From the NCBI GenBank assembly GCA_013265495.1, contig MU057651.1, positions 2,644,948 through 2,708,947 on the forward strand: a stretch of DNA of 64,000 nt. Direction: 5' to 3'. This DNA comes from Vicugna vicugna. Taxonomy: Eukaryota. The position numbers and the translations under genes are program-made. The notes below the pieces were generated by a model, which ran no database searches, had not been told where the DNA came from, and saw only the letters and a list, made by a program, of their open reading frames with translations. Below are positions 48,376 through 60,839 of the stretch, in pieces (position 1 is the first letter of the stretch; each line of letters begins with the position of its first letter).

Positions 48376-51099
48376 GCTGACAGCGGTGTCCGGGTTCCCC
48401 CACTGTGATGGGGGCCGAAGCGGAGAGGAGCGAGTGAAGGCAGCCAGGATGGAGTGAGCCCGAGTTTGCAGGCAAAGCTCATGCATCTTGGGCAAGACCT
48501 GTGCCTGACGTGGCTGGCGTTTGGTGCCTTAGTTGGAGCACAGGGTTCCATGATGTGTGGGTTTAAATTCGCCTTCTCTGATGTGGGGAAAAAAAATGCT
48601 ACAAAATATCTTAGATGGTCTGTTGGACCCGCATCACTTGGAAATTAATAACAAATATGTCATGGAGTCACTGTGGGTACTCCGACCTCCCTCTCGCTCC
48701 TCACAAGTGGGCAGTACGTTTTTGCCAGAATCAACTGAACCAGGGAGCTGAGGAAGGACTGAGAGGTGCAGAGAGGGAGGCAGTCCCTGCAGAGGGGACA
48801 GCGAGGCACACGGGCATGGAGCCGCCCCTTGGAATCTAGCATGTGAGGAGGGCGAAGTCCGACCGAGCCCCTCAAAGCGAGATGCAGAAGGATGCCGTAA
48901 AAGATGCGAGTGGAGAAATTGGGTCCAGCCCCCCGGATCCTTCCCCGAAGGGGTTGTGCATTTGTGTGTCTCTGGAACACCAGCTTCACTGTGGGGTCCT
49001 CGGAGTGGTAGCCAGGTGTCTCTTGTCGGGGGCTCCTGCCCCCGGGTTGGCCTTGAGCCCCAGCAGCCACCTTGTCACCAGGATAAGAGAGGCGGAGGGC
49101 AAGGTTTCCTGTGAAGCACGTGGGACCCAAGATAAAATTTCCCTAAGTCAACTGATCTCTCAAACAAACAAAAAAAAAGAGCGGGGACGTATTTCTAAGT
49201 CTGGGTCAGCTGGAGACAGCTCTGGGGCAGACTGTGTAACCCATTAAACAAACAGAAGCCGTTGTAGAAACGCTTAAAGGCAACAGAATGATGCGTCATT
49301 CAGAGCAATTCTCTTTATCTCTCCAAAAGGGCTTTAAAAAAAAAAAGCCTCAAGATTATACAATAAAAATCCCAGGTCTGTTTGAGAAATTGCACCCGCC
49401 CTCGGCGGATAGACTGCTGTCCACACTTCAGCCTTTCAATTCAATTCAGTTTTGCTTCATCAGAACCAACGGCCCAGAGACGGGCCTCTGGCATCACATG
49501 TACCTGGGACCGGTCCCTGCGCCTGGCTTCGGTGGCTGGTCAAAGCCACTTTGAGTGCCCGGGGTCCCCTTGGGACACTCGGGGAACTCATGCTTGCAGG
49601 GCTACTGGGAGGGTCATGCGAGGAGATGCGTGTCACGTGCCGGCGCCCCGTCCACCTCGGCTGCCATCGTTGTTGGGAGCAAAGCACGGAAGTGAGGCTC
49701 CTCCGGTGTCAGATGCTCTGCTGGCTTCCCAGCTCTGAGGCCGCGAGCTTTTCATCGCTGCACGAATGTCCCCTGTGCCCCTTAGCAGAGAGGTGTGCAA
49801 GCTCCCGCCCCACTGTTGTGAAGACCCGGCTCACGGCGGAGTCATGTGGGCAGTGGCCAGACAACTGCGTCTTTGTTTGGTCGCTTAGTGATGTCACCCT
49901 GGAAAAATCTTCGCTCAGATCATTCTGCTGGGAACAGTTAAAGAGCCATTTCTCCAGTCTCCCCGTGTGGCCAATGCTGGGGGGACGGAGACAAAACACA
50001 TGCCATTAGGGCTTGGCCTCCAATGAACGGACCCCCCCCCCAGTAGCACGCAGGGTGGGGCTGATCACGAGTTTCCTGAAACCCACCCCCCTCTCCCTGT
50101 TGCCTGGATGATGTGCACAAGTATCTTATCAGCGTGATTTGCCTGGATTTGGAACTGCAGGGAACTCCGACAGTAGCTTATAGCTGCAGGGACCTGGCTG
50201 GGGTGGGGTGGCGGGGAGGATTTTCAGAGCAAATTAATGCTCATTGACACGGAAGTTTCAGAAGATGCATTTACCCAAGGAGGACAAATGTTTTTGAAAT
50301 CTTCGTGTAAGTGGAGGTGAATTAACTATAATGAGTGACCAACCATCCTCGCGTCCTTTTGAAGCGGTTCCTCTGGGGAGAAAGCTTGAAAGGGTCATGT
50401 GAGGTTGTTATCTCCGCGGGATGGAATTTCAGAACCAGAAGGGCCAGTTAATCCAGCCTCCTTAACCCTGCAGGTGGGTTCCAGGCCTGCCTGGGGTCAC
50501 CCTAGGGGGTGTTGGGGGAGGAACAAGGGGGACCGAGCAGGGTCCCCCTCTGTGGATGGGAAGAGGCGGGCCACTCCCGGCCCACTGTCTAGATCACCAG
50601 TCAGCGTTTATTATGCACCACCTGGATGCCGTCTCTCTGATTTTCAGCTGGAGCCGAGCACACAGCCCGGCAGATCCAGCGCATCTTCCCACACCTTGAG
50701 ATTCGCGGCTGGCGGCTAATTTACAAAAATCCATTTTCTGTCAAAACAAATGGGCCAGAAAGCTCAACCCGCGTGAATTCCTGTGATGAAACATGAACGC
50801 GTAAAAATGTTTCGTGGCTGCATTTTCAGACTCTTGACTCTGGGTTTCTCTGTCTGTACGTAACACACTGCGGGGTGTGGGGGGTTTGGTAGCAAAGTGT
50901 GAGAGGCACCCCGCTGGCTGGGCTGGATGCTGTTTGTATCCTGGGATCCAGACACGGCAGAAACCTGGCTGGACTCTATGAGTTTATCTCTGGAGTCAAA
51001 CACCAGTGTGATCTCCAGTGCTGCCTCCTCCGTGTCTTCCCTGAAGACAGATTTTTAGGAAACAAGGATGCCCCTTTGAGATAAAACTGAATAAGGAAA

Positions 51100-51195
51100 A
51101 ACACACACACACACACACACACTTTGCTGTACACCTGAAGCTAACACAGCATTGTACATCTACTTCAATAAAAATAAATAAAAAATTAAAAAGAA
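51100..51195 (+). mobile_element. (CA)n followed by an L1 3' terminal stub
   Basis: CACTTTGCTGTACACCTGAAGCTAACACAGCATTGT..CTTCAATAAAAATAAATAAA. Confidence 0.8.
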
Positions 51196-52264
51196 TATAT
51201 TCAAGACAAATTCAGGTCCTTTTTCTCTGGCACAGAGAAACCATCACGTGATCCCCCTCTTGGCTTCCCCAGAGGTCCCCTGTGTGGCTGTCAGTGGACC
51301 CCCTTCCATGTAGGCGGCTTTAATTTTTAAAACAGTAAAAAAAAATTGTTTTTTTCCAAACACACTACAGCTTTACTATTTCAAATGCACATTTCCTAGG
51401 TTTGCAGCCTAGGCAGGCACTGGAGGCAGCGAGCCAGGGCAGCTGGGGTCCCTGCGTCCAGAGCGCAGGGAAAGTTCACAGGGGCCGCAGGGAGGCAGAG
51501 GTGACAGGTGGCGGGGGGGCCCTGTGGGGTCTGTTTAAATGAGGGACTCTGGCATCTCCTGGGATGAGGTCCACGGCAAGGGAAGAGGGGGTCATGAATT
51601 TGTGGCCATGTGGCCTGGCCGTCCTGCTCCACGCACAGAGCATGTTCACAGATGCCCCGAGCATGCAGGGTTTGGGACACCACGCAGCAGACAAGACAGG
51701 AGTTTGGGACGTGATGTTTGAGTAACATTTTCTGCCATGTCCTATGAGATGGTCAGATGTCTGGCTGAATCCTGGGGTACCCGAGCCTTTCTTTGGACTG
51801 CCCCACCTCTCACTTCGCGGACGTCTTGCCTTCGCCCTTGGACTGGCTTGCACATCACAATTTCCACCGCATTTGGAGACAACTGGCCAAGTTCTCATGG
51901 TCCCTGCGATCAGTGGATGGACAGCCATGAGACTCCAGGTCCTTCTGCGATGGGAATACGGGGTCCACCTCTCCCCGTGAAATTATAGGGCAGGAATTCC
52001 ACAAAGAGAGATGTGTCTCTTCTTAGCTGAGCTGAGGTTTGCACATCTGGGTCCAAAGCGCGGGCTGTAACCCTGTATATCCAAGGAGAGGTGTGTAGCT
52101 AAGGGAACCTGCCAGCTGAGGGCCTGAGGCCACTGGAATAAACAGCCGAAGAGATCAGATGGGGGGACACGGGAAGAATGTGGGCAGGGGACAGAGAATC
52201 ATTAGTATCAGCTCTGAATGTCTGACTGAGAAAAACGGTCCCCAGTCTTTCCTGTGCGACTGAA

Positions 52265-52356
52265 GGGGAGGGCGTAGCTCAGTGGTAGAGTGCATGCTTA
52301 GCATGCATGAGGTCCGGGGTTCAATCCCTAGTCCCTTCATTAAAAAAAAAAAAAAA
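52265..52356 (+). mobile_element. vic-1-type SINE, tRNA head plus polyA
   Basis: GGGGAGGGCGTAGCTCAGTGGTAGAGTGCATGCTTAGCATGCATGAGGTCCGGGGTTCAATCCC then an A run. Confidence 0.92.
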
Positions 52357-52369
52357 GACATCCTGGTTC

Positions 52370-52525
52370 AGGAAACTCTATTCAATTTCTTGTAATATCA
52401 TAAAATGGAAAAGAATATGAAAACAAAATATATATATATATATATATGTCTGTGTATAATTGAGTCACTTTGCTGTACAGCTCAAACTAACATTGTAAAT
52501 CAACTTCAATAAAAAATTAAAAAAC
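52370..52525 (+). mobile_element. L1 3' terminal stub with (TA)n
   Basis: GGAAACTCTATTCAAT..TGGAAAAGAATATGAAA..GAGTCACTTTGCTGTACAG..ATTGTAAATCAAC. Confidence 0.8.
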
Positions 52526-52619
52526 AGAAGGCCCTCGAGGATTCTGAAAGAACACTTGTGTCTAGCCTCAGCCCCAAAGGTTATTATTGGATTGCGTGGG
52601 AGGAAGGTGTTTAAAAAGA

Positions 52620-52930
52620 GATTCATTTGTGTCCTGTTTTTTCTTGTTTTTTTTTCTTTTTTAGATTCCACATATGAGTGATCTCATGTGGTATTTATCT
52701 TTCTCTTTCTGGCTACTTCACTTAGAATGACATTCTCCAGGAGCATCCATGTTGCTGCAAATGGCATGATTTTACTCTTTTTCATGGCTGAATAGTATTC
52801 CACTATATAAATACACCACATCTTCTTTATCCAGTCATCTGTTGATGGACATTTAGGCTGTTTCCACGTCTTGACTGTTGTAAATAGTGCCGCTGTGAAC
52901 ATTGGGGTGCATGTGTGTTTTAGAATTAGA
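52620..52930 (-). mobile_element. Young L1 ORF2 end and 3' UTR fragment
   Basis: ORF 52684-52902 [29 protein letters not shown].. Confidence 0.92.
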
Positions 52931-54012
52931 AACTGAACATTTATTTTAAATATCTGGATATCTTGTCATTCTACTTCTCATATTAAAAGCAATTTATTTA
53001 ATGTAAAATATGATTTCATTCTTATACTTTCTTGAGCCCCAAATTGACTAGATTAAGAAAAATCACATTGCTGCTGAAGGGACCTGAGATTGAATTCATA
53101 TTTAATGTTGATATGAGGTGACTTCTCAAGTTCTAGATATTTCTCCCATCTATTTTTACTTTTATTGTGTAGAAAGTTAAGGAAGGGAGTTAAGATTCAT
53201 CAGTTAGTGTCTGAAAATGCTTTAGGGTCTTGATAAAAATTCTCTACTTCATACAATTTTGCCCTATCATTTACCTGATGTTAAAGTGGTAGATATAAAA
53301 ACACACAGAGGGTAAGGAAATGAGAGAGAGAGAGAGAGAGAGCTTAAGAAACAGAGTATTTTCTTAGACACAGAAAATAAAGTCAGTGTGCTGGGCCCCA
53401 TGGCAGGTGTGCGTAGAATTTCTCCCTATGTTAGGCTAGAGTCCTGGTTTGGTTTGCTGGGCTGAATGTGGATCATCTAATGAATTCTATCCATCAGCCC
53501 TGGCTTTTAAATCCTATCAAATGGACGTGTAATGGCCCAGATATGAAAACAGCAGCACAAGACAGACAATTTAGTGCAATTTACTTAAAGTGAACTTCTT
53601 CCTCCGTCTCGCCATTTGGTTATGTGAATTCTGACTCACGAAAAGACTCCTGTCTTTTGCTCCGAAGTCACAAATACAGAATGTTGATACTGCAAACTGC
53701 AGAAGAAGACAAATAGAATTGAAGGTGTTTGAGTGAATCTTTGGCCAAATTCTGAGAACATTGGCATAAAATCATCCAATCTCAACACTTTTTCTCTAAA
53801 GAAATAATGGCTTTAGTTTGTGACGTGAAGCAAGAACAGACTATGAAAAGCCATGGGGGCCTCCTTGTATTCTGGAAGGTGAGAAAGTTTTTTTTTTTTT
53901 TTTAAATCGTTTTGAAAGTCAAGAGAACACCTGCTTTGTTTACTGAAATAAGACACTGTCTTAACTAGAAATCGCAAGTTCTTGTGTTGGTTTGGTTAAG
54001 AACCAGCTTCTT

Positions 54013-54606
54013 TTTTTTTTAAACATTTTTTATTGATTTATAATCATTTTATAATGTTGTGTCAATTTCCAGTGTAGAGCACAATTTTTCAGTTATACAT
54101 GAACATATATATATTCATTGTCACATTTTTTTTCGCTGTGAGCCACCACAAGATCTTGTATATATTTCCCTGTGCTATGCAGTATAATCTTGTTTATCTA
54201 TTCTACATTTTGAAATCCCAGTCTGTCCCTTCCCATCCCCCACCCCCTTGGCAACCACAAGTTTGTATTCTATGTCTATGAGTCTGTTTCTGTTTTGTAT
54301 TTATGTTCTTTTTTTTAGATTCCACATATAAGTGATCTCATATGGTATTTGTCTTTCTCTTTCTGGCTTACTTCACTTAGAATGACGATCTCCAGGTCCA
54401 TCCATGTTGCTGCAAATGGCGTTATGTTGTCATTTTTTATGGCTGAGTAGTATTCCATTGTATAAATACACCACATCTTCTTTATCCAGTCATCTGTTGA
54501 TGGACATTTAGGCTGTTTCCATGTCTTGGCTGTTGTAAATAGTGCTGCTGTGAACATTGGGGTTCAGGTGTCATCCTGAAGTAGGGGTGTCATCCTGAAG
54601 TAGAAA
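54013..54606 (-). mobile_element. Young 5'-truncated L1
   Basis: ORF 54315-54557 is the ORF2 C-terminus; poly-T; TSD AACCAGCTTCTT at 54001-54012 and 54607-54618. Confidence 0.95.
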
Positions 54607-55699
54607 AACCAGCTTCTTCATCCCTGGGTAGAAATTCTTGAGGGCAATGGCTGGTACAAAGAACAGAGAATCACAGTGATGGGTGAAATAAAAGCAGAGA
54701 GAGTCCCCTACCTCCTTCCATGTTTCTGTTGGGGTCTCTAGATTCCATCTCTAGCATCTTGAACAGAGGAGAAGTAAAGATAGTGGCAGAATCCGGACAG
54801 CCTCTAAGTCCCTAAAAATTGGGTTTTTTCTTTGTCTGCTCTGGATGAATGGCCGTTGCCTTGGTGGCCTCAGAGAGGATGTCCAGTTACTTTAATAAGC
54901 CACAGAGAGATGGGAGCAGACGCTGTTCTTACCTAGAGCACTCGGTGGGGCGATGCTAGTCTGCCGTCTGGTACAATTCCACAGCTGGGACATCTGGGGA
55001 AGCCAAGGGAAAGGTGCCTGCCTGAATGCTCATCTCTCCACACATCCTCCCTGAACAATCCAGATCAACAAGAAAGACAGATAAAATCCACACCTTCTAC
55101 ACTTTTATCACCAGAACGCTCTACAACTCACTAGTCCCTACGCAGAACAGAAACACCGACGTCCAACTTCCGGTGGAGCTGTTTTCTTGAGTTTGCCTCC
55201 CAAGACTTTGCAGAGAACAAGGCAGGGTCTCTGAAGGCTGCACAGAGGTTGGATGAGGGAAATCAGACTGAGCTAAAGCCAGATGGAATCCACATTAATT
55301 ACAAAATTCAAAAAACATAACTAAACTAAACCTGGAAAGGAGTAACTGGCATTTCAGAGCAGTGACTTCAGGGAAGGGACCCAGAGGGCGTGGAAGATCC
55401 AAAGAGACGTCTGGAAAGGCATCACTTCCAGTGATGAGAGGTTACAGAGAAAGGAAACTGAGTTTTGCAAGACAAAATAAAGAAGAGGCAGAAAGTTTGG
55501 ACCCGCAAGACAAAGATGAACAAGAAAAATGAAAACAAAAATGAGACTCCAAGGTCACAACACCACTTCCATCATTGCTTCATAAAGAAACCATGCGTTG
55601 ATACGTTGAGAAAAGAATCTTGAACGAGGAATGTTACAAGCAATCTAGACCACCAGCCCTGTCTGCTGAATGCAGAGATGCAACTGTATCTCTACAATG

Positions 55700-57084
55700 T
55701 CACCCCGAGAAGAAGATGGGGCCAAAAAATTGAATATTTGAGCTGACAAAAACGCACTTCCCTCCCAACAATTAACCCTGAAGCAAAAGAAGATACATTT
55801 TAGCAGTCTGAACTGAATTAAATGTCCCCAAAGAAGTATTTGAGATGTGAAAAAAAAATCTATCATGAATCACAAATTAAAAAAAAAACAAAGAAACATC
55901 AATGGATAGAAAATTGAAAGAAATTAAATCACAGTTTCAGAAAAAGTTGACACATGACATATCAGTGATGACCACCTCATTAAAGTTCGCAAGGAAGAAG
56001 GAATTCAAGTAAAAACTAAATGAGGACAAATGAGAGAAGCAGTGCAAAAGGCAAAGATAATGAAAATGAGATAAAAATAGAAGAGTCAGAGAAAAGTCGT
56101 TGAAATGGCAAACAACAAAGGAGATGCAACTTATATACAAGTTGAATCTCAAAAAAATGGAAAAGAATGAATAGCTTAACTATAAGCCAATAAAACTGCC
56201 TAGAAATAAAAATACTGAAAAGACCCAACAGGTACTTGTGAACATTGATCCCAAACCATCAACACTGAGACATACTCTAATGAAATTATTAGACTTAAAA
56301 AATAAATTGAAGTGCCCAAGGCCATGAGGCAAAAAAAGATTAAATAATTTCAAGGACAATATAATTAGAGTGGTATGCTGCTCAAAAAAAAAATCAAAGA
56401 AAGCAGTAATAGGGCAGCATTTGAAAGAAGTCAAGGGGGGAAAAAGCAAACGAAGTGTTTTATATTGAACCAAGTTATTTTTCAGGCAGCAAAATTGTGG
56501 AAAGAGCGTAAACATGCAGGAATCAGGGGATACAATACAGAGGAAGCCTTCCTGACCAATTGATGACAAGATAAACTCGATCGAATCAAGAGAACAATGA
56601 GGAGAGACTTTGCCAGAATGTTGGGTGGTGAATTAATACGTCTTATTTGTAGACCTGAGCCTAGATCAGAGGCAGTGAGAAGGAAAAGGAAAAGAGGAAA
56701 GAGTGACAGCTGACTGGTTATTAAATACATGGGCGTTCAACGAGATGGTTGGAAACTGGATTAATTAGCTAACACAAGTTGAAGCACAAAAATAGAAATC
56801 TTCTTAAATAAAACTATTTAAAAATAAAACGACGGCGAAACGAATATCGTGTAAAGAAACAGCAAGTGCAATTACACACAATGCAATTATAAGAAAAAAA
56901 GTTATTTGGCAGAGTTGAGACCGAACATAGTTGTTGTACTAACAACAAATGCGAGTGGGCTGAACTGACATTACAAAATATTTTAAACACAGCTCACAAG
57001 ACAAGACACAATTCTGGTACACAAGAACCCCTCCCTTGCCACCGAAATAGGGAGTGAGTCAGAAAGGCTAAAAATAAAGAGTTA
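55700..57084 (+). mobile_element. Very old L1 ORF1 to ORF2-start remnant
   Basis: A-rich ORF1 texture (AGACATACTCTAATGAAATTATTAGAC); ORF2 start-like ACAACAAATGCGAGTGGGCTGAAC near 56942. Confidence 0.6.
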
Positions 57085-57231
57085 GCAGACATTTGGTCTT
57101 GTCCAAAACCATTTGGTGTGGATCAGTTTGATGTCCACACTCATGTACGTTTTGGTAGGACCAAATTTCAAGGGCCTTTTGGCATGGACCAAGTGTCTTA
57201 CGAATATTTTGGACAGGACCAAATGTCCTGC
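57085..57231. mobile_element. MITE-like element with about 25-bp terminal inverted repeats
   Basis: 57085-57108 GCAGACATTTGGTCTTGTCCAAAA versus reverse complement of 57207-57231 GCAGGACATTTGGTCCTGTCCAAAA. Confidence 0.65.
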
Positions 57232-57292
57232 AAGGAAAATGGAGGGATTTTTCTATTGGCATGCAATTGGCGGACTTAGTAAGAACTCATGA

Positions 57293-57334
<42 letters not shown>

Positions 57335-57457
57335 TCTATCCATCTACCTATCCATCCATTTCTCTATCTATCTGTCTATCTGTCTGTCTGTCTACCCATC
57401 CATCCATCATCTATCTATCCATCCATCCATTCATCCATCCACTTATGCATCCATCCG

Positions 57458-57512
<55 letters not shown>

Positions 57513-57622
57513 GTCTGTCTGTCTGTCTACCCATCCATCCATCCATTCATCTTATCTATCTATCTGTCTGTCTGTCTATCTATCTATCTATCCATCCATC
57601 CATCCATCTATGCATCCATCCG

Positions 57623-57688
<66 letters not shown>

Positions 57689-57710
57689 CACCCATCCATC
57701 TATCTATCCA

Positions 57711-57744
<34 letters not shown>

Positions 57745-57897
57745 CATCCATCCATTCATCTTATCTGTCTGTCTGTCTGTCTATCTATCCATCCATTCTG
57801 TCTATCTGTCCATCCATTCTGTCTATTTATCTATCTATCCATCCATCCATCCATCCATGTATCTGTCTGTCCATCCATCTGTCCATCCATCTGTCTG

Positions 57898-57957
<60 letters not shown>

Positions 57958-57960
57958 ATC
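57293..57960. repeat. Long compound (TCTA/TCCA/TCTG)n microsatellite
   Basis: About 670 bp of tetramer mosaic. Confidence 0.98.
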
Positions 57961-60190
57961 TTTTCTAGTTCTGTCCACTAAGGGTCAAAAGCAATGACGC
58001 TTAGCAGCTGTGAGCACACCTCATGCCGAGATCTTGATTTCTGAATGTATTTTCCCTTAAAAAGAAAGAATTCCCCTTGGATAAGGAAATTCATTCCAGA
58101 GCTGGGACTTGCAAAATACAAGGCAAGTCCAGAATACCTTATTACTCCAAAAAGTAAATAATTGCTCAAAGAATGATGGAGATATTTCAAAAGGATACAC
58201 AGCCAGTTTAAGGGACTCCACCAAAAAAGTCTAGAGCAATTGGAGACTCAGAGTCCGTGCTAATAATGAGTAATAATCTACAGCAGAATATCAGAATCCA
58301 TAAGTTTATACCAATAAGTGGATAAGTGAATGGGAGAATGGAAAAATATTTCCTACAACAAAATACCGAGCCATAAATACAGAAGGAAAAAATCTATTTC
58401 AATTAATTCATTCAGTTAATTCCATTAATCTTTTGAAAACCACCATTGGGTGACAAGTGTAGTAATAATTGATTTAGGCAAGATTCACCAGTGGCTAAAA
58501 CTAGTGAGTAAAAGTTGTTTTTTTTTTTTTTGATAAACAGAATAGTTACATAGTCTCCAAGTATCACCCCATAAAATAGTTAATTACAAAAAAAGAAACC
58601 AAAAAACCCTCAACTTTACAGTAGAGAAAACTATCAGGACACTCCATAATCTGTGTCATCAAGGTTAACGTCACCAGTTTGAAGACAACTTACCGTGTGC
58701 TTCCTGAAAAGATGCCATGAAAAAAGAATCTACTGTCTCTTCTGTGTTATTACCGCCCAAAATGGATGACTTAAATAAAATTATACGGCAACATCGGTTT
58801 AATCCACTCAAGGGACATTCTATAACCATATACTGTTAATCCCTTAAAAATTTCAATGTCATGACGTATAAAGCATGAGGAATTAAGATTAAGGGAGACT
58901 ACAGATACAGTAATTAAATGTAAGGCATGATGATTCTGGATTGAAACTAGCGCCTGGGATGTTTTTTTCTCTTGCTGTGAAGAACATTATTGCAACATTT
59001 GATGAAATTTGAATAAAATCTGTAGATAATCATGCAGAATTCATGTAAGATCTCTGATTTTCATAATTGTACTGTAGTTAGATAAGAGAATGTCTTTGGT
59101 TTTCTGTTTGTTTGTTTGGTTAGGAAATACACACCAATGCATTTAGGGGCAGACTAAATGTTTACTTCCAAGTAGTACAAAAAAAAAGAAAAATGAAAGG
59201 AAAATATTGTTAAATATCAATATTTGTGTCATCTAGGTCAAGGGTATATGAGAATTCTTTGGATTACTACAACTTTTCTGCAAATCTGAAATTATTTTGA
59301 ATTTAAAAGTTTTGAAAAGTGACCAGAAATGATGGAAAGATTTGAAAACAACACAGTGGGAGAAGATATTTTCAGGGCCAAGGGCTTGCTTCCAGAATGT
59401 AGAAAGACATCTTTCCGATCAAAAAGAAAAAGAAAAAGAACCTAATAGAAGGGCAAGAAATTTGGAGGCATTTCAAGGAAAAAAGATACTCAAATGGCCA
59501 ATAAATGTATGAAAAAGAACTCAGCCTTATAAGTCATGAAAGAAATGGAGTGAAAACCATGAGATGGCTCTGCCCACCCACCAAAATGGCTGGTGAATCC
59601 CGTCTTGGTGAGGCTGCAGACCACTGGACCTCTCAGGTCTTGTTGGTGCGTAGAAATACTGGCAAAAACCACTTTGGGAAACTGACATTATCCACTAAAG
59701 CAAAACATATCTGCCCCTGATCACCCCAAAATGCTACTTCTAGTGACCTGCCCCATAGAAGTGCATGTGGCATTCACCAAAAATGTGGGCAGCTCTCCCA
59801 CGGAAGACTGGATGTCCTGTGGGGTACTCAAACAATTCTTTCCCATGTAGTGATGCAGAGCAACACACGCACAGTGATCTGGATGAATTTCACAAACATA
59901 CTGTTAAATGAAAAAAAGCCAGACATGGAAGACGCACGTTACAGGATGGCCCGTGTGTGGAGCTATACGGAGAGGCAGAATTGCACTGCAGAGACAGAGG
60001 TAAGAGTTTCAACCCTATGGGAGCATGAAGCAGCCACACGGTGGTTTCTTGGGTGGGGACGATGTTCTATTTCTAGAACCGGGAGGTGGTTGCCCAATTA
60101 TGCTCCCGACATGGTAATTAGTTGAGCCACAATGTTTGCATTGTGACCTCTTTTTTGTTGTGTGTCATATTCAGTAAAAAATTAAGAACA
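57961..60190 (+). mobile_element. Old L1MC 3' UTR followed by an L1ME-type ORF2/3' fragment
   Basis: TTCTAGTTCTGTCCACTAAGGG..; CAACTTTTCTGCAAATCTGAAATT; CAAATGGCCAATAAATGTATGAAAA; GGATGAATTTCACAAACATACTGTT. Confidence 0.75.
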
Positions 60191-60839
60191 AGGAGACACA
60201 AAAACTACAATAAAACCAGCAGAAATGATTTTAAAAGAGTGAGCTTGCATATTATGTCGCGAAAAGGCAGCCACGCTCACGTGACCAACGTGGCATCAGT
60301 AACGAAGCTCACACGGCCAATGCACTAAATGTGAATTCCACCATCCAGCTGTGTATCTGATATCCAAAGGCTTCCATTAATTTAGGAGACAATTTAAGAG
60401 TCGAAGAAAAATACCATGTGACTAATGACATTTGCCTGGGACGCGTGGAGGGAGGCCCTCTCACCAAGATGGAAAAAAGCCAGGGAAACACCAAAATTCC
60501 GCAGAATTCGTATGCTTGGTCATATTTGATTTTTTTCACGTATGGAAATCTGGGCGGGGGGATGGATTACTTTTTCCTTTCGTATATACTTTTCCAGAAC
60601 CTGACATCATTGTGTGTGGTGGTGTCATTCTCCTGAAGAACCGGAGAGTCTCCCACGCCCGTTCGTTTCGGAAATTTTTATTTTAAAACACAGAACAGTC
60701 ATTTTTCACAGTCAGGGGCTAATTAAATGGAATGACCTATTTCTGGGCTCAGCAAGGCTTCCTTATCCCAGTCTTTTCCTCTGAGTTTCCTGTTCTGCTA
60801 AAGAGGCCGTTCTTAAATTTTATTTTTTAAGTGACCTGC

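Noticed and set aside
52265..52340. tRNA-Ala(AGC) gene (also 19889 and 20696)
   Set aside because: Followed by A tails instead of a T-run terminator, with extended 5' G-rich leaders and diverged copies throughout the window; these are SINE heads
57261..57981. 230-235-aa ORFs (also 35058-35396)
   Set aside because: Translation of TCTA/TCCA microsatellites (SIYL repeats)
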